A program made the translations under genes and the position numbers. Below the pieces are notes generated by a model, which had not been told where the DNA came from, searched no databases, and saw only the letters and a list, made by a program, of their open reading frames with translations. This document shows positions 19,097 to 28,412 of a DNA stretch of 64,000 nucleotides, piece after piece. Positions within the stretch are counted from its first letter, which is position 1. Every line of letters starts with the position of its first letter. The DNA is from Longimicrobiales bacterium (GTDB taxonomy: Bacteria > Gemmatimonadota > Gemmatimonadetes > Longimicrobiales > RSA9). The stretch spans positions 1,286 through 65,285 of the forward strand of contig DATCLK010000097.1 of NCBI GenBank assembly GCA_036563975.1. The letters run 5' to 3'.

Positions 19097-19493
19097 GACC
19101 TCACGCCTCGAACGGGGTCTGGCCGGCCGATCGCTCGTGACCGGCTCGTGCGCAGGCGCTTTGCTTCCCGCCCGTGCCGCCTCCGGCGGAAGCCGGCGCG
19201 GCCGCGACTCCTGCCGCGCAGAGCTCCGCCGGCGCTCCTTCGCTCCGAGGGAACGACGCGATCCACCGAAAGCGCGCTAAAATGGCCGGAGCCCGGGCGG
19301 CGGTCAAGCGAATGGCGCCCCGGCCCGGACGCCGGCGACCTGCGCGGGGACGCGTGCGAGCGCACCTTCCGGGCGGCACGGCCCTTGCCCCCTTCCGCCT
19401 GCGCCGGATGGCATGCGGCCGTCTGGCGCGCGAAGGCGCCGGCCGCTGCGGCCCGGCGCCTTCGTTCCATCTCAGGTTCGAACAGGAGGACCG

Positions 19494-19712
19494 GTGCAGG
19501 AGCCCGGATCCGGCCCGCCTCGTTTCCAATGGACCGGCCGCGGCAGCCGCCCCCTCGCGCGGCGAGGCGGCGCGCTGCCACTGCGCCGCGCCCCGGCCGC
19601 GCCCGTGGTCCAGGGCACGCGCCGCGAACGGGGCCAACGCCTCGGGGCGTACGAGACGCGCTACGACATCCGGCGCGGCTACGCCACCGACCGCACGATC
19701 ATCCGCCCCTGA
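19494..19712 (+). CDS. Candidate small Arg-rich protein (72 aa), unassigned
   Basis: A GTG is preceded by AGGAGGA with a 3-nt spacer. Codon third-position G/C is 64/72, against 17/27 for the same frame immediately upstream. It ends 33 nt before the convergent secG stop. I recognise no family, and the composition is also what random high-GC DNA would give. Confidence 0.3.
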   Translation: MQEPGSGPPRFQWTGRGSRPLARRGGALPLRRAPAAPVVQGTRRERGQRLGAYETRYDIRRGYATDRTIIRP

Positions 19713-19745
19713 CCGCGGCACCCGCCGCTCCGGCTCGCGCCGGGT

Positions 19746-20144
19746 CTATGGCTGTTGCTCGCCCTGCGGCGCCGCCGGCTCGGCCGGCTGCTGCTGTTGC
19801 GGCTGCGTGGCCGCCTCTCCTCCCTGATTCTGCTGCTGGGCGCCGGGCAGGATCGGCTGCGGCGCGGTCACCGGCGCCTGCTGGAACTGCCCCCGCAGAA
19901 TGGACTCCGGCTGGCGCCGTTGCGTGGACATGATCGCCAGGATGAACGCCAGCCCCATGAAGATCCCGCCCATAATCCACGACGCCTTGGTCAGGATCGT
20001 GGCGGCCTGGCGCCCGCCGATGAGGGTCTCGGTGCCCATGCCGCCCATGGCCGCCAGCCCGCCGCCCTTCCCCGACTGGAGCAGCACCACGGCCATCAGC
20101 AGCAGGCCATCCAGGATCAGGAGTGCAAGGAGGATTCCGAACAC
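19746..20144 (-). CDS. secG: Preprotein translocase subunit SecG (with Gln/Pro-rich C-terminal tail)
   Basis: 132-aa ORF: MFGILLALLILDGLLLMAVVLLQSGKGGGL...ASWIMGGIFMGLAFILAIM. Follows tpiA as in many bacteria. Confidence 0.88.
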   Translation of the reverse strand: MFGILLALLILDGLLLMAVVLLQSGKGGGLAAMGGMGTETLIGGRQAATILTKASWIMGGIFMGLAFILAIMSTQRRQPESILRGQFQQAPVTAPQPILPGAQQQNQGGEAATQPQQQQPAEPAAPQGEQQP

Positions 20145-20207
20145 GATTCGCTCGCTCCCGGTGAATCGAAGGTCGAACCCTAAAGCTCGCAGAGGACGGG
20201 GCTTGGG

Positions 20208-20993
20208 TCAACCCGGCCGCGCAGCCGCGATGGCGGCGAAGCTCCCCGGGTCGAGGCTCGCTCCGCCCACCAGCAATCCATCCACGTCCGGCGCGCTCAA
20301 CAGTGCGGCCGCGTTGTCGGGCTTCACCGACCCGCCGTAGAGGATCGGGACCGCGGCGGCTCTGTCCGCGCCGGCGTGCTCGGCGAGACGGCGGCGCAGA
20401 ATGGCGTGAGCCGCGGACGCGTCTTCGGGACTGGCGTTGACACCGGTCCCGATGGCCCAGACCGGCTCGTACGCGATGAGGATGTCGGCGGAGCGCCCCT
20501 CCGGAAGCATCTCGAGGACGGCATCGAGCTGGCGGAGGATCACCTCCTCGACCCGGCCGGCGCGCCGCTCCTCGAGCGTCTCCCCCACGCAGAGGATCGG
20601 GGTCAGATCCGCCTCCAGCGCCGCGACCACCTTGCGCGCCACGTGCTCGTCCGATTCGCCGAAGATGCGCCGCCGCTCGGAGTGGCCCGCCAGGACGTAG
20701 CGGGCCCCCGCGTCGCGGACCATGGAGGCGCTCTGTTCGCCGGTGAACGCGCCCTCCGGCTCCCAGAAGATGTTCTGCGCGCCCAGGCCGAGATCCGGCC
20801 GGTCGCGCAGCATCTCGGCGGCCACGACGAGGGAGACGGCCGGCGGGAAGAACAACACGGTCCGGTCGGCCCGCGGCGCCCAGCGCGCCTTGAAGTGGCG
20901 GAAATACTCCCGGGTCGCCGTCGGGCCACGGTTCATCTTCCAGTTGCCCGCGATGACCGGCGTCCTGACGGTCTGCCCACCCGTCGTGCTCAC
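20208..20993 (-). CDS. tpiA: Triosephosphate isomerase
   Basis: 261-aa ORF: VIAGNWKMN, LAGHSERR, AYEPVWAIGTG. GTG start in a GTGA overlap with the pgk stop. Confidence 0.95.
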   Translation of the reverse strand: MSTTGGQTVRTPVIAGNWKMNRGPTATREYFRHFKARWAPRADRTVLFFPPAVSLVVAAEMLRDRPDLGLGAQNIFWEPEGAFTGEQSASMVRDAGARYVLAGHSERRRIFGESDEHVARKVVAALEADLTPILCVGETLEERRAGRVEEVILRQLDAVLEMLPEGRSADILIAYEPVWAIGTGVNASPEDASAAHAILRRRLAEHAGADRAAAVPILYGGSVKPDNAAALLSAPDVDGLLVGGASLDPGSFAAIAAARPG

Positions 20994-22219
20994 GGCTCCC
21001 CGCTCCGGTCGAGGACCGCGACGCCGGGGAGCGTGCGGCCCTCGAGGAACTCCAGCGATGCGCCGCCGCCCGTGGACACGTGACTCATCCGGTCCGCCAG
21101 CCCGGCCTCCTGCACCGCGGCCACGCTGTCCCCGCCGCCCACGATCGTGGTGGCGCCCCGCTCGGTCGCCTCGGCGAGGGCGCGCGCGATCCCCTTGGTC
21201 CCGCTGGCGAACTCGGCGATCTCGGCCATCCCCATCGGGCCGTTCCAGATCACCGTCCGGGCGCGGAGCAGGAAATCGCGGAACGTGGCGACGGTCGCCG
21301 GGCCGATGTCCAGGATCAGCTCATCGGGCGGGACCTCGTCCCGGTCCACCACGCGGGTGGTGACGCCGGGGCTGGCCTCGGGGGCGACCACGCAGTCCAC
21401 CGGCAGCACGAGCTTCTGGCCGGCCCGCTCCAGGAGCTGCCGCGCCAGCTCAACGCGGTCCTCCTCGACCAGCGACCTGCCGGTCTCGAGCCCGAGCGCC
21501 CGGAAGAACGTGTTGGCCATCGCGCCGCCAACGAGCAGCGTGTCCACGCGGGGGAGCAGGTTCTCGATGACGTCGATCTTGCCCGAGATCTTGGCGCCGC
21601 CGAGCACCGCGACGAACGGCCGCTCGGGCGACTCGAGCGCATCGCCGAGCATGCGCAGCTCGCGGTCCATCAGGAGGCCAGCGACTGCGGGCCGCCCCTC
21701 CTGGTGCATGACTTCGGCCACGCCAGCGGTGGACGCGTGCGCGCGGTGCGCAGCGCCGAACGCGTCGTCCACGTACACGTCCGCTAGCGCGGCCAGCCCT
21801 GCCGCCACCTCCGGGTCGTTGGCCTCCTCGCCCGGCAGGAAGCGCACGTTCTCCAGCACCAGGACCTCGCCCTCGCCGAGCGTGTCCGCGGCCTCGCGCG
21901 CCGTGGGGCCGATCACGTCCGAAACGAAGCGCACCTCCTTGCCGAGCAGCTCGCCCAGGCGCTCCGCCGCGGGCCTGAGCGAGTACTTTTCATCCCAGCG
22001 CCCTTTCGGCCGCCCGAGGTGCGAGACGAGGATCAGCCGCGCGCCACGTTCCATCAGGTATCGCAGCGTCGGCAACGTCGCACGGATGCGCGTGTCATCC
22101 GTGACCGCGCCGTCCTCGAGCGGGACGTTGTAATCCACCCGGACGAGAACCCGCTTGCCGCGGTACGTGAGGTCCGGGAGGTCGCGCACTGTGAGTAGGC
22201 GTTGCACGTGCGGATCCAC
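20990..22219 (-). CDS. pgk: Phosphoglycerate kinase
   Basis: 409-aa ORF: GKRVLVRVDYNVPL, SHLGRPKG, STGGGASLEFLEG. Confidence 0.95.
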   Translation of the reverse strand: MDPHVQRLLTVRDLPDLTYRGKRVLVRVDYNVPLEDGAVTDDTRIRATLPTLRYLMERGARLILVSHLGRPKGRWDEKYSLRPAAERLGELLGKEVRFVSDVIGPTAREAADTLGEGEVLVLENVRFLPGEEANDPEVAAGLAALADVYVDDAFGAAHRAHASTAGVAEVMHQEGRPAVAGLLMDRELRMLGDALESPERPFVAVLGGAKISGKIDVIENLLPRVDTLLVGGAMANTFFRALGLETGRSLVEEDRVELARQLLERAGQKLVLPVDCVVAPEASPGVTTRVVDRDEVPPDELILDIGPATVATFRDFLLRARTVIWNGPMGMAEIAEFASGTKGIARALAEATERGATTIVGGGDSVAAVQEAGLADRMSHVSTGGGASLEFLEGRTLPGVAVLDRSGEP

Positions 22220-22319
22220 GTTCGATTCGTGCAGGTTCGTGCCGGGCGGCGTGCCCGGCCGTGAGGCCGGTCAACGTAGCGAGCCCGCCGCCGGTGATCA
22301 AGCGCGCGCGGCCGCGGCC

Positions 22320-23291
22320 TCAACGTGCCGTGATGAACGGCACGAGGATGTCCGTGACCTCATCGGGCGCTTCCCAGTTCGGCGAATGTCCTGCGTTCCT
22401 GATGCACACGAGCACCGACCTGGGAATCAGGGCCGCGGCGCGGGCGCCGTGCCACCCGGGAAGAAATCGATCCTCTGCCCCCCACACGATCAGGGTCGGG
22501 ACGGCGAGGGCGGCGAGCTCGGAATCCGTCAGCACCTCACGCTGGCCGCGGAGGTCGCAGAACCGTGCGACGGCGCGCGCGAGCATTCGCGTGTCTCCCG
22601 CCCGCGCGGACCACACGAGGTATTCGACCAGCGCGTTCGCGTGGTCGCGCGGAAGGGGTCGGCTGGTGAGGAGCCGATCGAGGAGCCAGCGCGTTCCGGC
22701 GCGGCTCGGCCGCAGCAGCGCCGGCCCGAGCAAGGGGACGCGCACCAATTGCACGACGAAGGGCACGTCCCACCCGAGCCCTGCCGCATCGAGCAGCACG
22801 AGACGCTCGACAAGGTCTGGCCTCCGCTGCGCCAAACGGAGTGCGGCCAGCCCACCGAAGGACGTGCCGACCACCGCGCACCGGGTCACGCCGAGCGCCG
22901 ACAGCCACGCGTCCACGACGCTGGCTGCATAGCTGCCGAGTGGGCCAACGGGTGCTGCCGGTCCAGACAGGCCGAAACCCGGCAGATCGGGCGCGAGCAC
23001 GCGGCAGGCGCGCGAGAGGGGCCCGATGATTCGGTACCAGTTGGCGGCACCGCCACTCGCCCCCTGGAGCAGGATCACGGTCGGGCCGCTACCCCCTGCC
23101 GCGAGGTAGTGGAGCCGGGTGCCGCCGGCCTCCACCTCGTGGCTGGTGGCCGCCGCGCCACCGAGCGCCAGCAGCCGCTCCATCGCGACCCGGACCCGGT
23201 CCCGAGATGATGCAAGGTCACGGCGCCCGCTCGGACCGTGACCCTGCCGTGCTGGCTCGGCTGACCGACTGTTGTTGCGCCGCTGCGTCAC
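22320..23291 (-). CDS. Alpha/beta-fold hydrolase
   Basis: 323-aa ORF with a nucleophile elbow (VVGTSFGG), HG-like oxyanion region (VILLQGASGG) and C-terminal His region (NAGHSPNWE). GTG start in a GTGA overlap with the upstream Zn-ribbon ORF. Confidence 0.8.
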   Translation of the reverse strand: MTQRRNNSRSAEPARQGHGPSGRRDLASSRDRVRVAMERLLALGGAAATSHEVEAGGTRLHYLAAGGSGPTVILLQGASGGAANWYRIIGPLSRACRVLAPDLPGFGLSGPAAPVGPLGSYAASVVDAWLSALGVTRCAVVGTSFGGLAALRLAQRRPDLVERLVLLDAAGLGWDVPFVVQLVRVPLLGPALLRPSRAGTRWLLDRLLTSRPLPRDHANALVEYLVWSARAGDTRMLARAVARFCDLRGQREVLTDSELAALAVPTLIVWGAEDRFLPGWHGARAAALIPRSVLVCIRNAGHSPNWEAPDEVTDILVPFITAR

Positions 23292-23488
23292 CTCGTCGCC
23301 GGCTCGCTCGCCACCTGCGCGGTGAATCGGACGGGATCCCGGCCGCGCGGAGACAGCTCGAGCGAGGTGCTGCAGTGGCTGCAGCGAACGAGCCCGACCG
23401 CCTCTCCGCGCCGCAATTCCGCATCATCCCGATAACCGCACACGGGGCAACGGTACGTTCCGTACTGGGCCTCCTCGCGTTCCGGCAT
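23288..23488 (-). CDS. Small four-Cys zinc-ribbon protein (66 aa)
   Basis: Lies in ORF 23288..23713. Start set at ATG 23488, preceded by GGGAGGAACGAG. Sequence MPEREEAQYGTYRCPVCGYRDD...VRCSHCSTSLE carries CxxC...CxxC. Translationally coupled to the hydrolase. Confidence 0.6.
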   Translation of the reverse strand: MPEREEAQYGTYRCPVCGYRDDAELRRGEAVGLVRCSHCSTSLELSPRGRDPVRFTAQVASEPATR

Positions 23489-23701
23489 CTCGTTCCTCCC
23501 GCGCTCGGGGTGCCAGCCGCCCCAGCCCGCGCGCCAGATGCGTGCCACCCCAGGCATGCTGGGGCGCGGGGCGATGCCGTCCTCGCCCCTCGGGCCGGCC
23601 GCAGCGCTCCGCCCGAGCGGGCCGGCCCGCCGCCGCGGCCCGCTCCGGGCCGGCGGCGCTGCCCGGGCCGGCGAGCACGGGGCGGACGAGCCGGATCGGG
23701 T

Positions 23702-23728
23702 CGGCGACCACAAATCGTGGTCCCGCCG
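23702..23728 (-). terminator. Hairpin immediately after the gap stop codon (possible terminator, no U-tract)
   Basis: The minus strand reads CGGCGGGACCAC-GATTT-GTGGTCGCCG, starting 1 nt after the TAA of gap. Confidence 0.3.
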
Positions 23729-25542
<1,814 letters not shown>

Positions 25543-25653
25543 CCGCGTTCCTCCCGGCCCGCGCGGCGCGGGCCAGCTCGCGTACGGTTGCGCCCGGCCG
25601 TGGCGTGGCCGGGCGCGGCATCGGGGGGGAACACGATCGGCACCGGGGTGGGA

Positions 25654-26526
25654 CTACGCCATGGCGCGATGGTCGCCCGTGGCAGGAGCGCTCGAGCGTA
25701 CGGCGGCGAGCGCCTCCCGCATCGCTTCGACGGGTGCCGGCACGCCCCACCAGCGCTCGAACGCGGCCGCGCCCTGCTCCACCAGCATGAGCATCCCATC
25801 CGCAGCCGGGATCCCGAGCGCCCGCGCCGCCTCCACCCAGCGCGTGGGCCTGGCGCCGTACACCAAGTCGAGCACGGCACCCGCGGAGGCGAGGTCCGCC
25901 GGCTCGAGGGGGAGCGGATCGTCCGGCCGCAGGCCGAGGGGCGTCGCGTTGACGACGAGGTCGAAGCGCTCGCCGCGGATCTCCTCGGGCCCGCGTGCGA
26001 CCCGGATCTGCAGCCGGCCGGTCTCGAAGCGGCGTCGCAGCTCCTCGGCGCGATCCGGGGACCGGGCCAGCAGGGTCACCCCGGCCGCGCGCTCCTCTTC
26101 CAGCCCTGCGAGCGCGGCACTGGCTGCGCCGCCCGCGCCCAGCACCATCACGCGCGCGCCCGCCGCCGAGGCCAGCACGGCACGCAGGGCGGCGCGGAAG
26201 CCCGCCACGTCCGTGTTGTCTCCGCACAGCCGCCCCTCTTCCTCCCAGAACGTGTTGCAGGCGCCCGTCCGCTGGACTGCGGCCGTCGCCCGTTCGATGA
26301 CCCGGGCGGCCTCGAGTTTGTGCGGGACGGTGATGTTGCCGCCACCGCCGGCCCGCGCGATGCCGCGCATGAGCCCGGGGAGCGCTGCCGCGTCGCAGCG
26401 CAAGGCCACGTAGACGCCGTCCACGCCCGCCGCCCGGAAGGCGGCGTTCTGGAAGATGGGCGAGAGCGAATGGGAGACGGGGTCTCCCAGCAGCGCGATG
26501 AGACGTGTCGCGGCGGTGATGGGCAT
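25654..26526 (-). CDS. aroE: Shikimate dehydrogenase
   Basis: 290-aa ORF: LLGDPVSHSLSPIFQNAAF, NITVPHK, GDNTDVAGF, VLGAGGAASA. Confidence 0.9.
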   Translation of the reverse strand: MPITAATRLIALLGDPVSHSLSPIFQNAAFRAAGVDGVYVALRCDAAALPGLMRGIARAGGGGNITVPHKLEAARVIERATAAVQRTGACNTFWEEEGRLCGDNTDVAGFRAALRAVLASAAGARVMVLGAGGAASAALAGLEEERAAGVTLLARSPDRAEELRRRFETGRLQIRVARGPEEIRGERFDLVVNATPLGLRPDDPLPLEPADLASAGAVLDLVYGARPTRWVEAARALGIPAADGMLMLVEQGAAAFERWWGVPAPVEAMREALAAVRSSAPATGDHRAMA

Positions 26527-27032
26527 CAGGGTGCGAGGATCGGAGCCAGCCGGTCGAAGACGCCGCCCACCGCCTCGCGGAGCTGCTCGAAGGTGCGGCG
26601 GTACGCGGCATCATCCGCGCCGAACGGGTCTTCGACGGGTTCGCCGCGCCCCTCGCCGGCCACCATGTCCGTGATCAGCGCCGCCTTGTCGGCGCCGCCC
26701 AGCTCCGCGATGACGTGGAGCTGCGATCGGCTCATGGCGAGGATGAGATCGGCCCACTCCACCAGCTCACGCGTGAGCGGCTGTGAGACGTGGGAGGAGA
26801 GGTCGAGCCCTTGTTCCGCGGCAACCCGTACGGCTGCCTCCGACGCGGCAGCACCGGGGCTCGCGGCGATTCCCGCGGAGGCGACCGCCACGTGCGTCCA
26901 CGACCGCCGCTGCGCCTCCTGGCGCGCGATCGCCATGGCCATCGGGCTCCGGCACGTGTTGCCGGTGCACACGAAGAGAAGATTGTAGGTCGTCGGCGCG
27001 CCCTGGTCGGCAGCTCGCTCATCCACGCTCAT
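26526..27032 (-). CDS. Low-molecular-weight protein phosphatase (CX5R)
   Basis: 168-aa ORF with the LLFVCTGNTCRSPMA P-loop and a downstream DP acid loop (EDPFG). Confidence 0.88.
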   Translation of the reverse strand: MSVDERAADQGAPTTYNLLFVCTGNTCRSPMAMAIARQEAQRRSWTHVAVASAGIAASPGAAASEAAVRVAAEQGLDLSSHVSQPLTRELVEWADLILAMSRSQLHVIAELGGADKAALITDMVAGEGRGEPVEDPFGADDAAYRRTFEQLREAVGGVFDRLAPILAP

Positions 27033-27681
27033 CGATCTCGCCCACGACGCGTTTCAAGTCCTCCAGCGGGAGCGCACCCGCGCGCAGCAGCCGCGGCCGG
27101 CGTCCCGAAACGTCCAGCACCGTCGACGGCGGCGAGGGGGGCAGCGGCCCGCCGTCCAGGATCCAGAAGGGCTCGCCCGGCGCGAGCGCCTCGATCACCG
27201 CGCGCACCTCATCGGCCGTCATGGCCGGCGGCTCGTCCGGGCGATTCGCGCTGGTCGACGTAATGGGCTCGCCCAGCGCATCGAGCAGCGCCTGCACGGC
27301 CGGGTGCGGCGAAGCGCGGATGGCCACCGTCCCCTGCTCGCCCGTGACCTCGGCCGGATACCTCCCCGGAGCCGTCCGCAGCACGAGGGTGAGCGGCCCC
27401 GGCCAGAATTCCTGCGCCAGGCGCCGACCATGCTCGGTCCACTCCAACCCTGGCGCATCGCGGGGCGTGCGGACCAGCAGCAGGAAGGGCCGTGCCCTGC
27501 CCTGCCGCTTGATTCGCGCGAGTCGTGCCAGCGCTTCGCTCCGCAGCGCGCAGCCGAGGCCGTAGACCGTTTCCGTCGGGTACGCGAGTAGCCCGCCTTC
27601 CCGCAGATGCGCGGCGACGCGCGGCGCGTGCCGGCGGTAGTCCGCCGGTCCGTGGAACGGGATCACCGTCGGCCCGCTCAC
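27019..27681 (-). CDS. tsaC: L-threonylcarbamoyladenylate synthase (TsaC/YrdC/Sua5 domain)
   Basis: Lies in ORF 27019..28269. Start set at GTG 27681 in a GTGA overlap with the ispD stop. Contains YPTETVYGLGC, PGPLTLVL and SANRPDEPP. Confidence 0.85.
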   Translation of the reverse strand: MSGPTVIPFHGPADYRRHAPRVAAHLREGGLLAYPTETVYGLGCALRSEALARLARIKRQGRARPFLLLVRTPRDAPGLEWTEHGRRLAQEFWPGPLTLVLRTAPGRYPAEVTGEQGTVAIRASPHPAVQALLDALGEPITSTSANRPDEPPAMTADEVRAVIEALAPGEPFWILDGGPLPPSPPSTVLDVSGRRPRLLRAGALPLEDLKRVVGEIDERG

Positions 27682-28412
27682 GGCAGCCGGTGAGTCGCCG
27701 TCCACGTGGCCTCGCCCGCCTGCGGCGCACCGCGCCGCGCAGCGAGCACCGCCCGGGCGAGCTCGAGGTCGTGCGGCGTCGTCACCTTGATGTTCGCCCT
27801 CGACCCCTCGATCAGCACGACGTCGCCGCCGTAGCGCTCCACGAGCGCGGCGTCGTCCGTGGCGGCGACGCCTTCCCGGGCGGCGCGGCGGTACGCCTCC
27901 ACGATCATCGCGCGAGGGAACGCCTGCGGCGTCTGCGCCTGCCACAGGCCTCCTCGATCCCGGGTCCCGATCACGTGGCCCCGCTCGTCCGCCTGCTTGA
28001 GCGTGTCCACGACCGGCACCGCGATGACGGCGCCCACGCCCTGCGCGGCGGCCGCCACCGCGCGCTCGACCTCCGCAACCGTGACCAGCGGCCGCGCGGC
28101 GTCGTGGATCAGGACGACGTCCGCCTCCTCCGGCACGGCCTCGAGCCCGTGCCGGACGGAGTCCCCGCGCTCCGTGCCGCCCGCCACGACGCGCACGCGC
28201 GGATCCAGAGCCATCAGCCAGGCAGGCGGCTGCGACGCGTCTTCGGGCGCCAGCACGACGACCACCCACTCCACGGCGCGGTGCGCGAGGAACGGACGCA
28301 CGGCGTGCAGCAGCATCGGCTCGCCTGCGAGCTCCAAGAAGGGTTTGCGAACCCCTCCCATGCGCCGGCCCGCGCCGGCGGCGGGCAGCACGGCTGCGGC
28401 ACGCACGCTCAT
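27678..28412 (-). CDS. ispD: 2-C-methyl-D-erythritol 4-phosphate cytidylyltransferase
   Basis: 244-aa ORF: AVLPAAGAGRRMG, VLIHDAARP, QTPQAF. Confidence 0.9.
   Translation of the reverse strand: MSVRAAAVLPAAGAGRRMGGVRKPFLELAGEPMLLHAVRPFLAHRAVEWVVVVLAPEDASQPPAWLMALDPRVRVVAGGTERGDSVRHGLEAVPEEADVVLIHDAARPLVTVAEVERAVAAAAQGVGAVIAVPVVDTLKQADERGHVIGTRDRGGLWQAQTPQAFPRAMIVEAYRRAAREGVAATDDAALVERYGGDVVLIEGSRANIKVTTPHDLELARAVLAARRGAPQAGEATWTATHRLP

Noticed and set aside
19101-19721. A minus-strand 206-aa ORF, and the overlapping 18868-19581 ORF, as a degraded E1alpha gene upstream of E1beta.
   Set aside because: The translations have no ThDP-binding (GDG...NN) or other E1alpha-like motifs and are Arg/Ala/Gly low-complexity. 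A/T bases are evenly distributed over codon phases in 19101-19260.
19097-19745. A known housekeeping RNA (RNase P RNA, tmRNA, SRP RNA or 6S RNA) hidden in the large gap.
   Set aside because: On neither strand did I see the RNase P GAGGAAAGUCC-type box, a tmRNA tag frame with a tRNA-like 3' end (…CCACCA context), or an SRP GGAA tetraloop helix-8 motif. This remains unproven without a covariance-model search.
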